A stretch of DNA of 64,000 nucleotides from an uncultured Gemmatimonadales bacterium (GTDB lineage Bacteria > Gemmatimonadota > Gemmatimonadetes > Longimicrobiales > RSA9), in contig CAWFKH010000003.1 of assembly GCA_963816355.1 (NCBI GenBank), positions 576,001 to 640,000 of the forward strand, in the 5' to 3' direction. The position numbers were made by a program, and so were the translations under genes. Shown in pieces: positions 10,425 through 19,485 of the stretch (positions are counted from its first letter, which is position 1; each line of letters starts with the position of its first letter). The notes under the pieces are model-generated. The model saw nothing but the letters and a program-made list of their open reading frames with translations, was not told the DNA's origin and ran no database searches.

Positions 10425-10520
10425 GAGCGGTTCACCGATCGCAATCGTGCGGCGGCCGCGCGGGCGGCTCGCCGCTGAACGGTTTACGCCGGCCCTGCCG
10501 CAGGGGCCCGGGGACGAGAG

Positions 10521-11561
10521 ATGGCGCTGCGCAGCCTGCTGAGCACCGGGCGGATCCTGCCCGTCAACGACATCGCCGTGGACCTCGGCACGGCGAATAC
10601 GCTCGTGTACGTGAAGGGCGAAGGGATCGTCCTGAACGAGCCGAGCGTGGTCGCCATGGAACGCGGCTCGGGCCGCATCAAGGGGATCGGCCTCGAAGCG
10701 AAACGGATGCTCGGCCGCACGCCGGAGGGCGTGATCGCGGTGCGTCCGATGAAGGACGGCGTGATCGCCGACGTGGACACGACCGAGATCATGCTGCGCC
10801 ATTTTTTGCGTGCGGTCACGAACAAGCGGATCTTCCGCATGAAGCCGCGCGTCGTGGTGGGCGTGCCGTCCGGCATCACGGAGCTGGAGCGGCGCGCGGT
10901 CCGCTCGAGCGCGAACGCCGCCGGCTCGAAGGAGGTGTTCATGGTCGCCGAGCCGATGGCGGCCGCGATCGGCGTCGGTCTGCCGGTGGACACGCCGACG
11001 GGCAACATGGTGATCGACATCGGCGGCGGCACGACGGAGATCGCGGTGATCGCGCTGAGCGGCATCGTCGCCGACACCTCGATCCGCGTGGGCGGCGACG
11101 AGATCGACAGCGCGATCGTGAGCTTCTTGCGGAAGAACTACAACCTCCTGATCGGCGAGCCGACGGCGGAGGCGATCAAGATCCAGATCGGCTCCGCCTT
11201 CAGCACGTCGGACGAACGGGAGATGGACGTGAAGGGCCGAGACCTCGTCAGCGGCATTCCGAAGACCGTGCGCGTGCACTCGCAGGAGATCCGCGAATGC
11301 ATCCAGGAGCCCATCCAGTCGATCGTCGACGCGGTGCGGCGCGCGCTCGAGATCACCCCGCCGGAGCTCGCCTCCGACATCGTCGATCGCGGCATCGTGA
11401 TGACCGGGGGCGGCGCGCTCATCCGCGGCCTCGACCAGCTCCTCGCGCACGAGACCAACCTGCCGATCCACGTCGACGAGGATCCGCTCACCTGCGTGGT
11501 CCGCGGCGCCGGGCGGATCCTCGACGATCTCCCGCGCTACCGGAGCGTGCTCAACTCCTGA
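10521..11561 (+). CDS. mreB: Rod shape-determining actin homolog MreB
   Basis: DLGTANTL, NEPSVVA, EPMAAAIG, DIGGGTTE, TGGGAL. Confidence 0.98.
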   Translation: MALRSLLSTGRILPVNDIAVDLGTANTLVYVKGEGIVLNEPSVVAMERGSGRIKGIGLEAKRMLGRTPEGVIAVRPMKDGVIADVDTTEIMLRHFLRAVTNKRIFRMKPRVVVGVPSGITELERRAVRSSANAAGSKEVFMVAEPMAAAIGVGLPVDTPTGNMVIDIGGGTTEIAVIALSGIVADTSIRVGGDEIDSAIVSFLRKNYNLLIGEPTAEAIKIQIGSAFSTSDEREMDVKGRDLVSGIPKTVRVHSQEIRECIQEPIQSIVDAVRRALEITPPELASDIVDRGIVMTGGGALIRGLDQLLAHETNLPIHVDEDPLTCVVRGAGRILDDLPRYRSVLNS

Positions 11562-11567
11562 TCCCGC

Positions 11568-12467
11568 TTGGCATACTTCGGCGACACGCGACACGGCAGG
11601 CGACGCGACGACGTCCTCGCGGGGCTCGTCCTCCTCGCCGGCCTCGTCCTGCTCGCCTTGCCGTCGAGTGGCCAGGAGAGGGTGCGCGCCGCGCTGCGCC
11701 GCACCGTTCTGCGACCGTTCGTCGTCGCGCAGGATGCGCTCGCCTCCCGCGGCATGCGCGGCGGCGACGTCGACCGCATCGAGGCGCAGCGCGACTCGCT
11801 CGAAGTGCTCGCAGTCGCCCAGGCGCCGCTCGCCGAGGAGAACCGGCGGTTGCGCGGGCTGCTGGGGCTGCGCGACCGGCTTCCCACCCGCTTCGTACCC
11901 GCGGAGGTGCTGCGCGTGGGCCTGACGAGCGGCGAGAGCACCTTCCTCGTGTCGCGCGGGCGCGCGGACGGCGTGCGGAAGGGGAGTGCCGTGATCGGCG
12001 ACGGCGGGCTGCTCGGCGTGGTGGAGAGCGTCGATGCGCACACGGCGCAGGCGATCGACTGGACGCACCCCGATTTCCGCGCGAGCGCCATGGCGGTGGA
12101 CGGCAGCGTGTACGGGATCGTGGAACCGCGCCGCGGCGAGTTCCGCGAGGAGGACGAGCTGACGCTGGCGGGGGCGCCGTTCCACAGCGATCTGAAGCCG
12201 GGCGCGCGCATCGTGACGTCGGGGCGAGGCGGCGTCTATCCGCGGGGGATCCCGCTCGGCACGGTGATCGGGATCGAGGACGCGGACACCGGCTGGCGCA
12301 AGAGCTACGTGCTGCGCCCCGCCGTGCGGCCGGAGTCGGCGACGCACGTGCTGGTGGAGGCGGGGCCGCGCGGGGAGGCGGCACGTGACCTGTCGCAGGC
12401 GTGGTTCTCACCGCCGCCGCGCGAAGCGCCGGCCGCGACGCGCGCGGACACGGCGGGGCGCTCCTGA
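11568..12467 (+). CDS. mreC: Rod shape-determining protein MreC (TTG start, uncertain)
   Basis: N-terminal TM, coiled coil EN.RLR.LL, GL.G.V, VTSG.GGVYP.GIP.G.V. Confidence 0.93.
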   Translation: MAYFGDTRHGRRRDDVLAGLVLLAGLVLLALPSSGQERVRAALRRTVLRPFVVAQDALASRGMRGGDVDRIEAQRDSLEVLAVAQAPLAEENRRLRGLLGLRDRLPTRFVPAEVLRVGLTSGESTFLVSRGRADGVRKGSAVIGDGGLLGVVESVDAHTAQAIDWTHPDFRASAMAVDGSVYGIVEPRRGEFREEDELTLAGAPFHSDLKPGARIVTSGRGGVYPRGIPLGTVIGIEDADTGWRKSYVLRPAVRPESATHVLVEAGPRGEAARDLSQAWFSPPPREAPAATRADTAGRS

Positions 12468-12949
12468 TGCGATGGCCGTTCGCGACGTTCATCGCGACCC
12501 TCGTCGTCCTGCACTTCTTCCTGCACCTCGGCCTCGGTCTCGGCGGCGCGGCACCGGACCTGCTCACGGTCGCGGCGCTTCTCGCCGCGCGTCGCATGAA
12601 CCGCGCGGTGGCGACGCTGCTGGGCGGCGTGCTGGGCCTGATCCGCGACGCGCTCGCGCTGGTCGCCTTCGGGGCGGACGCGCTGGCGCTCGCGTTCGTC
12701 GCCTACGTGGGGGCGCGCACGCGCGACCTGTTCGTGGGCGACAGCTGGCTCTTCGTGCTCCTCTATCTCTTCGTCGGCAAGTGGTCGCACGACGCGCTGC
12801 ACTACGGCTTCACCGCCGTGAAGACGGGAAGCGGCACGGCGGATGCGTTCGGCCGGCTCGTCCTGCTCGCCCCGGAGGCGGCGCTCTACTCGGCGCTCGC
12901 GGGTGCGGTCGCGCTCGCCTTCTACCGGAACGTGAGCCGCGAGCGCTGA
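12467..12949 (+). CDS. mreD: Rod shape-determining protein MreD
   Basis: Polytopic membrane protein with PDLL and G...GL..D motifs; TGATG coupling to mreC. Confidence 0.88.
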   Translation: MRWPFATFIATLVVLHFFLHLGLGLGGAAPDLLTVAALLAARRMNRAVATLLGGVLGLIRDALALVAFGADALALAFVAYVGARTRDLFVGDSWLFVLLYLFVGKWSHDALHYGFTAVKTGSGTADAFGRLVLLAPEAALYSALAGAVALAFYRNVSRER

Positions 12950-12974
12950 GCGCGCCGCCGCCCCGCCGGATCCG

Positions 12975-14219
12975 ATGAACCTGCTCCGCTCCGCCCGCGC
13001 GCTGATCGGCGATTCGCCGCTCTTCCTGGCCGTGCTGGGGATGTCGCTCTTCGGCATCGCGATGATCTATTCTGCGGGCCAGCTCGACATCCCGAACCCG
13101 CTGCTCGCTTCGATGTGGCAGCGGCAGCTCATGTGGCTCGGCATCTCGCTGGTGGCGCTCTTCGTGGTGGCGCGCATCGAGGTGCGCTGGTTCGAATGGG
13201 CGGCGACGCCGATCTACGCCGTCGCGGTGCTGCTGCTGGCGGCGACGCTGGTGATCGGCACCGGGCGTGGCACGGCGCAGGGGACGCGCAGCTGGCTGCC
13301 GCTGGGTCCGCTCTCGTTCCAGCCGTCGCAGTTCGCGAACCTCGCCACCGTGCTGATGCTGGCGAAGGTGATGAGCGCGTGGCGGGAGTCGCCGGAGACG
13401 GTGTGGGACCTGTGGGCACCGCTGTTGATCACGGGCGTGCCGATGCTGCTCGTGCTGGCGCAGCCGGACCTCGGCACGGCAATGGTGTTCGGCGCGCTGC
13501 TGATCGCCACGATGTACTGGGCAGGGACGCCGGGCGGCGTCCTCTTCATGCTGATCAGCCCGGTGATCGCGCTGCTGCTCTCCTTCAGCGCGTGGCTCTT
13601 CAGCGCGTACATGATCGTGCTGCTCGCGTTCGTGCTGCTCTACCGCTCTCCGCTGGGCGAGGCGATCGCGGTGGTGGGTGCGAACCTGGCGGCCGGCACC
13701 ATCGCGATTCCGCTGTGGAACCACCTGCAGTCGTACCAGAAGAACCGGCTTCTCGTCTTCCTGAACCCGGAGCGCGACCCGCGCGGCGCGGGCTACCAGC
13801 TCATCCAGTCCCAGGTCGCGATCGGCAGCGGCGGACCGTTCGGCAAGGGGTTCCTGCACGGCACGCAGAAGCGGCTCGCCTTCCTGCCGGAGCAGCACAC
13901 CGACTTCATCTTCAGCGTGATCGGAGAGGAGCTCGGTTTCCTGGGGGCGGTTGCGGTGGTGCTCGCGTTCGGCTTCATTCTTCTGCGGCTGGTGCGCGTC
14001 GCGGAGCGGGCGAGCGACCCGTTCGGCGGCATCGTCGCCTTCGGCATCTTCGGGGCGTGGATGGCGCACGTGCTGGTGAACATCGGGATGACGATCGGCC
14101 TGATGCCGATCACCGGCATCCCGTTGCCGTTCCTGAGCTACGGCGGCTCGTTTCTGCTGGCCACCTACCTCGCGCTCGGTCTGGCGGAGCGCGTCGCGGC
14201 GCAGCGGGGGAGGATCTGA
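12975..14219 (+). CDS. rodA: SEDS peptidoglycan glycosyltransferase RodA
   Basis: SFQPSQFA, QPDLGTA, GYQ..QS..AIGSGG, LPEQHTDFIFS..GEE.G, MPITGIPLPFLSYGGS. Confidence 0.95.
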   Translation: MNLLRSARALIGDSPLFLAVLGMSLFGIAMIYSAGQLDIPNPLLASMWQRQLMWLGISLVALFVVARIEVRWFEWAATPIYAVAVLLLAATLVIGTGRGTAQGTRSWLPLGPLSFQPSQFANLATVLMLAKVMSAWRESPETVWDLWAPLLITGVPMLLVLAQPDLGTAMVFGALLIATMYWAGTPGGVLFMLISPVIALLLSFSAWLFSAYMIVLLAFVLLYRSPLGEAIAVVGANLAAGTIAIPLWNHLQSYQKNRLLVFLNPERDPRGAGYQLIQSQVAIGSGGPFGKGFLHGTQKRLAFLPEQHTDFIFSVIGEELGFLGAVAVVLAFGFILLRLVRVAERASDPFGGIVAFGIFGAWMAHVLVNIGMTIGLMPITGIPLPFLSYGGSFLLATYLALGLAERVAAQRGRI

Positions 14220-14222
14220 TCG

Positions 14223-15098
14223 ATGAGCTGGTTCCGGAAGCCGAAGAAGAAGCTGGAGGCGACCGAGCGGCGCGAGCTGCCCTCGGACGTGTTCGAGAAG
14301 TGCGCCGGCTGCGGCGAGATCATCTATCGCGCCCGCATCGCCCGCAACGCGTTCGTCTGCCCGAGCTGCGGCAGCCACTTCCGCATCGGCGCGCTCGACT
14401 ACGTCGAGCTGCTCCTCGATGGGGACACGTTCGTCGAGCACGACGCGAGCATGCGCAGCGCGGACCCGCTCAAGTTCCACGACCTGAAGCCGTACCGCGA
14501 GCGGATCAAGGCGGCCGAGCGCAGGACCGGCCGGGGCGACGCCGTCGTCACCGGCTCCGGCCGGCTCGACGAGCTGCCGGTCAAACTGGGCGTGATGGAC
14601 TTCGAGTTCATCGGCGGCAGCATGGGCTCGGTCGTGGGTGAGAAGCTCGCGCGCCTCGGCCGGCGCGCGCTGAGCGATCGGGAGCCGCTCGTCGTCGTGA
14701 GCGCCTCCGGCGGCGCGCGCATGATGGAGGGGATCCTGTCGCTGATGCAGATGGCGAAGACGTCCGCCGTCCTCGCGCGGCTGCACGAGGCGGGCGTCCC
14801 CTATATCTCGATCCTCACCGACCCGACGACGGGCGGCGTGACCGCCTCCTACGCGATGCTCGGCGACGCCAACCTGGCCGAGCCGGGTGCGCTGATCGGC
14901 TTCGCCGGCCCCCGCGTCATCGAGCAGACGATCAAGCAGGAGCTGCCGGAAGGCTTCCAGCGCTCCGAGTTCCTGCTCTCGCACGGCATGCTGGACGCGA
15001 TCGTCGACCGGCGCGACCTCAAGCGCACCGTCGCGCACCTGCTGCGCCACATGCTCGGTCTGCCGCCTTCCGAGGGCGGCCTCGGCGCGCCCGAATAG
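14223..15098 (+). CDS. accD: Acetyl-CoA carboxylase carboxyltransferase beta subunit
   Basis: C4 zinc finger (CAGC..CPSC), GGSMGSVVGEK, SGGARMMEG, PTTGGVTASYA, GFAGPRVIEQT. Confidence 0.97.
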   Translation: MSWFRKPKKKLEATERRELPSDVFEKCAGCGEIIYRARIARNAFVCPSCGSHFRIGALDYVELLLDGDTFVEHDASMRSADPLKFHDLKPYRERIKAAERRTGRGDAVVTGSGRLDELPVKLGVMDFEFIGGSMGSVVGEKLARLGRRALSDREPLVVVSASGGARMMEGILSLMQMAKTSAVLARLHEAGVPYISILTDPTTGGVTASYAMLGDANLAEPGALIGFAGPRVIEQTIKQELPEGFQRSEFLLSHGMLDAIVDRRDLKRTVAHLLRHMLGLPPSEGGLGAPE

Positions 15099-15114
15099 CG
15101 AGGCCGGAGGCGCC

Positions 15115-16446
15115 CTGACCTACGCCGAGCTCGTCCGCGCGCTCTTCCCCCGCCTGACCGGCGGCATCCGCTGGGGCACGGAGCGGACGGAGCGGATGCT
15201 CGCCGCCCTCGGCGACCCGCAGCGGAGCTTCCGCGTGGTGCACGTGGGCGGCACCAACGGGAAGGGGTCGGTCGCGGCCACGATCGCCTCCATCCTCACG
15301 CGCGCCGGCCATCGCACCGGCCTCTACACCTCGCCCCACCTGTGCACGTTCCGGGAGCGCATCCGCTTCGACGGTCGCGCGATCGGGGAGGCGGCGCTGC
15401 TGGCGGCGGCCGAGCGCGCGTGGCCGCTGGTCGAGCGCGAGACGCCCTCATTTTTCGAGGCCACGACGGTGATCGCCTTCGAGGCGATGGCGGAGGCGGG
15501 CGTCGACGTCGCCGTGGTCGAGGTCGGTCTCGGCGGCCGCCTCGACGCCACCAACGTGGTCCAGGCGGACGCGGTCGTGATCACCAACATCGGGCGCGAC
15601 CACGTCGAGTACCTCGGAGGGACGCTGGAGGCGATCGCCCTCGAGAAGGCGGGGATCATCAAGGGCGGCGCGCCGGTGGTGACCGCCGAGCCGAGGCCCC
15701 GACTGCTGTCGATCTTCGCGGAGCGCGCGGCGGCGGTCGGCGCGCCGCTGGTGCCGCTCGAGCGCGCCGCCGTGGCGGACGTGCGCACGGCGCTGGACGG
15801 AACCCGCTTCCGGATGCGCACGCGGCGCTGGGGCGACGTCGCCCTGCACACGCCGCTGCTCGGCCGCCACCAGGCGGTCAACGCCGCGCTCGCCGTGCAC
15901 GCGCTCGACGTCGCGCCGGCGGAGCTGGCGGCGACCCCGGCGGACGTGGTCGCGGGCGTCGCCGCCGTGCGGTGGCCCGGGCGCCTGCAGGTCGAGTCGA
16001 TCGGGCCCGCATCCTGGGTGTTCGACGCTGCGCACAACCCCGCGGGTGTGGAGGCGCTGCTCGCGGCGCTCGCCGAGCTACCGCTGCCGCCGCCGCTGCG
16101 CGTGGTGGCCGGCATCCTGGGCGACAAGGACTGGGAGGCGATGCTGACGCCGCTCGCCGCGCGCGCCGACTCGCTGATCCTCACCACGGCGCCCTCCACG
16201 CCGCCGGAGCGCCGGTGGGATCCCGCGCTCGCCGGCGAGCGTCTGCGGGGCGCGGCCGCGGCGACGGTGCGCGTAGAGCCGGAATTCACCCGTGCGCTGG
16301 ACGCCGCCCGCGCGGCGGCGGAGGCGGAAGGCGGCACCGTCCTGGTGACCGGCTCCTTCCACACGGTCGGCGACGCGTTGGCGTCGCTCGGAATGGCGCC
16401 CGACGGCGCCGACCTCTACTTGCCCCCCCAGCCGAGCGCGGTCTAG
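15115..16446 (+). CDS. folC: Folylpolyglutamate/dihydrofolate synthase; start probably CTG at 15115 (first ATG is 15196)
   Basis: HVGGTNGKGS, YTSPHL..FRERI, EVGLGGRLDATN, WPGRLQ, DAAHNPAG, GSFH.VG. Confidence 0.95.
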   Translation: MTYAELVRALFPRLTGGIRWGTERTERMLAALGDPQRSFRVVHVGGTNGKGSVAATIASILTRAGHRTGLYTSPHLCTFRERIRFDGRAIGEAALLAAAERAWPLVERETPSFFEATTVIAFEAMAEAGVDVAVVEVGLGGRLDATNVVQADAVVITNIGRDHVEYLGGTLEAIALEKAGIIKGGAPVVTAEPRPRLLSIFAERAAAVGAPLVPLERAAVADVRTALDGTRFRMRTRRWGDVALHTPLLGRHQAVNAALAVHALDVAPAELAATPADVVAGVAAVRWPGRLQVESIGPASWVFDAAHNPAGVEALLAALAELPLPPPLRVVAGILGDKDWEAMLTPLAARADSLILTTAPSTPPERRWDPALAGERLRGAAAATVRVEPEFTRALDAARAAAEAEGGTVLVTGSFHTVGDALASLGMAPDGADLYLPPQPSAV

Positions 16447-16456
16447 ATTCGGGCGC

Positions 16457-17743
16457 ATGCCCACGTTCCAGAGCCTGCCCGGTTTTCGCGACTTTTTCCC
16501 CGCCGAATTCGCGCTCCGCGCCCACATCTTCGCCGCCTGGCGAGAGGCGGCGAAGCGCTACGGATTCGAGGAGTACGACGGTCCGCCGCTCGAGCCGCTC
16601 GATCTCTATACGGCGAAGAGCGGTGAGGAGATCGTCGAGCAGCTCTACGCGTTCGAGGACAAGGGCGGCCGCGCCGTCGCGCTGCGACCGGAGATGACGC
16701 CGTCGCTCGCGCGGATGGCGGGTGCGCGCGCGCGCTCGCTTCCCAAGCCGTTGCGCTGGTTCTCGATCCCGCAGCTCTTCCGCTACGAGCGCACGCAGCG
16801 CGGCCGCCTGCGCGAGCACTTCCAGTGGAACGTCGACATCGTCGGCGAGGAGGATCCGGCGGCGGACGCCGAGGTGCTCGCCGTCGGCCTGGAGGCGCTG
16901 CGGCTGCTCGGTCTCGCCGAGGAGGACGTGGTCGCGCGCATCAACGACCGGCGCCTGCTCGAGCGGCTGCTGCTCAACGCCGGCGTCGCGCCGGCCGCAC
17001 TGGCGCGGGCGTACGCAGCCGTCGACAAGCTGGGGCGCGAGCCGGACGAGCGCGTGGCCGAGCGGCTCGCGCGCGCCGGCCTCTCCGCCGAGGTGGTGTC
17101 GGGCGTCTTCGCCATCTTCGAGATGGACGGCCTGGAGCACGTGGCGGATGCGTACGGCGGCGTTCCGGGCGTGGCGGCGGAGCTGGAGCGGCTGCGCGCC
17201 TACTTCGCCGCGCTCGAGGACCTGGGCTTCGGCGGCTTCCTGCGCTACGATCCCCGCATCGTCCGCGGCCTCGCCTACTATACCGGCATCGTCTTCGAGA
17301 TCTTCGACCGCCGCGGCGAGCTGCGCGCGGTGTGTGGCGGTGGCCGCTACGACGACCTGCTCGGCGCCATCGGGGGCGAACCGCTGCCCGCGCTCGGCTT
17401 CGGCATGGGCGATGTCGTCCTCGGCGAGCTACTTCGGGAGCGCGACCTGCTGCCGCCGGACGGCACCGCCGTCGACTACTACCTCGTGGCGATCCGCGCC
17501 GAGGAGCGGGCGTACGTGCGCCGCCTCGCGGCGCGCCTGCGTCACGCCGGCCGCTCCGCCGTCTACGCCCTGCGCGACGCCTCCGTCAACAAGCAGTTCA
17601 AGGAAGCCGCGGCGCGCGGCGCCGCGCGCGCGATCGTGATCGGTCCGGAGGAGCGCGCGGAGGGCGTCGTCGTCGTGCGCGACATGGCGAGCGGCGAGGA
17701 GCGCCGCGTCGCGCCGGACGCGCTGGAGCGCGACGGTGGGTGA
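16457..17743 (+). CDS. hisS: Histidine--tRNA ligase
   Basis: LRPEMTPS.AR, FRYER.QRGRLREHFQ, RGLAYYTG, GGGRYD. Confidence 0.97.
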   Translation: MPTFQSLPGFRDFFPAEFALRAHIFAAWREAAKRYGFEEYDGPPLEPLDLYTAKSGEEIVEQLYAFEDKGGRAVALRPEMTPSLARMAGARARSLPKPLRWFSIPQLFRYERTQRGRLREHFQWNVDIVGEEDPAADAEVLAVGLEALRLLGLAEEDVVARINDRRLLERLLLNAGVAPAALARAYAAVDKLGREPDERVAERLARAGLSAEVVSGVFAIFEMDGLEHVADAYGGVPGVAAELERLRAYFAALEDLGFGGFLRYDPRIVRGLAYYTGIVFEIFDRRGELRAVCGGGRYDDLLGAIGGEPLPALGFGMGDVVLGELLRERDLLPPDGTAVDYYLVAIRAEERAYVRRLAARLRHAGRSAVYALRDASVNKQFKEAAARGAARAIVIGPEERAEGVVVVRDMASGEERRVAPDALERDGG

Positions 17744-18041
17744 GCGTTCGGTCGAGCGGCTCGACGCGGAGCGCCGGCGCATCCTGCGCCGGGCGGCGCT
17801 CTACACGTACGGCTTCCTCGTGCTCGCGATCGTCGTCGCTGTCGGAGGCTCGGCCTTCATCGCGTGGATTTTCACGGCGACCGGGCTGGGGTTCCTGCCC
17901 GTCTGGCTCGTGCTCAGCGCGGTGACGCTCGGCGTCCCGGCGCTGGGGCAGTTGGCGCGGGCCCTCCTCAGACGCGACGGCGGCGAGCGACCGTCCACAC
18001 GCACACCGACCCCGGGACCATGGCCGAAGAGAAGAAGCTGA
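17736..18041 (+). CDS. Small hypothetical membrane protein (2 TM)
   Basis: Two hydrophobic segments; fills the hisS-proS gap and overlaps both genes. Confidence 0.6.
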   Translation: MGERSVERLDAERRRILRRAALYTYGFLVLAIVVAVGGSAFIAWIFTATGLGFLPVWLVLSAVTLGVPALGQLARALLRRDGGERPSTRTPTPGPWPKRRS

Positions 18042-19483
18042 CGACGCGCGCCGCCGACTTCAGCGCGTGGTACAACGAGGTCGTCCTGCGCGCCGAGCTC
18101 GCCGACTACTCGCCGGTGCGCGGCTGCATGGTGATCCGCCCGTGGGGCTACGCGATCTGGGAGCGGATGCAGGGCGCGCTGGACGCGATGTTCAAGGAGA
18201 CCGGCCACCAGAACGCGTACTTCCCGCTGCTCCTGCCGCAGAGTTTCCTGGAGCGGGAGAAGGCGCACGTCGAGGGCTTCGCGCCGGAAGTCGCGGTCGT
18301 CACGCACGCCGGCGGCAAGGAGCTGGAGGAGCCGCTCGTCATCCGGCCCACCTCCGAGACGATCATCTACGACATGTTCGCGAAGTGGGTCCAGAGCTAC
18401 CGGGACCTGCCGCTGCTGATCAACCAGTGGGCGAACGTCGTGCGCTGGGAGATGCGCACGCGGCTCTTCCTGCGCACCACCGAATTCCTCTGGCAGGAGG
18501 GCCACACCGCCCACGCGAGCGAGGCGGAGGCGGAGGAGGAGACGCTGCGCATGCTCGGCGTCTACCGCGAGTTCATGGAGAGCTGGATGGCGATGCCGCC
18601 GGTCACCGGCCGCAAGACGGACGCCGAGCGCTTCGCGGGCGCGCTGCGCACGTATTCGTGCGAAGCCATGATGCAGGACAACCGCGCGCTGCAGGCCGGC
18701 ACGTCGCACGCCCTCGGCCAGAACTTCTCGCGCCAGTTCGATCTCCGCTTCCAGGCGGAGTCCGGCGCGGAGGAGTACGCCTGGAACACCTCGTGGGGCG
18801 TCTCCACCCGCCTCGTCGGCGGCCTCGTCATGACCCACGGCGACGACGTCGGCCTCGTCGTCCCACCGCGCCTCGCGCCGCACCAGGCCGTCGTCGTGCC
18901 GATCTTCCGCAAGGACGAGGAGCGCGCCACTGTCGTCGGCAAGGCGGAGTCGATCGCCGCCGCGCTGCGCGAGGCGGGGGTGCGCGTCCACGTCGACGTC
19001 CGCGAGAACCTCTCGCCCGGCGCGAAGTTCTACGAATGGGAGCGGCGCGGCGTGCCGCTGCGGATGGAGATCGGTCCGCGCGACGTCGCGAGCGAGCAGG
19101 TCGTCCTGGTGCGCCGCTTCGTCGCCGCCGACGCGCCTCGCAAGGAGTCGGTGCCGGAGGGTGGCGTGGTGGCGGCCGTGCGCGAGCGCCTCGCCGCGCT
19201 GCAGGCGGGCCTCCTCGCGGCGGCGCTCGAACGCCGCGAGGCGCACTCGCACCGCGGCGTGGCGACGTACGACCGCTTCCGCGAGATCGTCGACGGCGAG
19301 GGCGGTTTCGTCTACGCCGGCTGGTGCGGCTCCGCGGCGTGCGAGGCCCGCGTCAAGGAGGAGACGAAGGCGACGATCCGCTGCCTGCCGTTCGCCGAGT
19401 TCCGCTCGCCGGATCCGCCGCAGCGCTGCCTCGTCTGCGGCGAGGCGGCGAGCGAGGAGGCGCTCTGGGCGAAGGCGTACTGA
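18020..19483 (+). CDS. proS: Proline--tRNA ligase, archaeal/eukaryote-like type
   Basis: DFSAWYNEV, IRPTSET, NQWANVVRWE, FLRT.EFLWQEGHT, C-terminal Cys zinc domain ending AKAY. Confidence 0.97.
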   Translation: MAEEKKLTTRAADFSAWYNEVVLRAELADYSPVRGCMVIRPWGYAIWERMQGALDAMFKETGHQNAYFPLLLPQSFLEREKAHVEGFAPEVAVVTHAGGKELEEPLVIRPTSETIIYDMFAKWVQSYRDLPLLINQWANVVRWEMRTRLFLRTTEFLWQEGHTAHASEAEAEEETLRMLGVYREFMESWMAMPPVTGRKTDAERFAGALRTYSCEAMMQDNRALQAGTSHALGQNFSRQFDLRFQAESGAEEYAWNTSWGVSTRLVGGLVMTHGDDVGLVVPPRLAPHQAVVVPIFRKDEERATVVGKAESIAAALREAGVRVHVDVRENLSPGAKFYEWERRGVPLRMEIGPRDVASEQVVLVRRFVAADAPRKESVPEGGVVAAVRERLAALQAGLLAAALERREAHSHRGVATYDRFREIVDGEGGFVYAGWCGSAACEARVKEETKATIRCLPFAEFRSPDPPQRCLVCGEAASEEALWAKAY

Positions 19484-19485
19484 GC

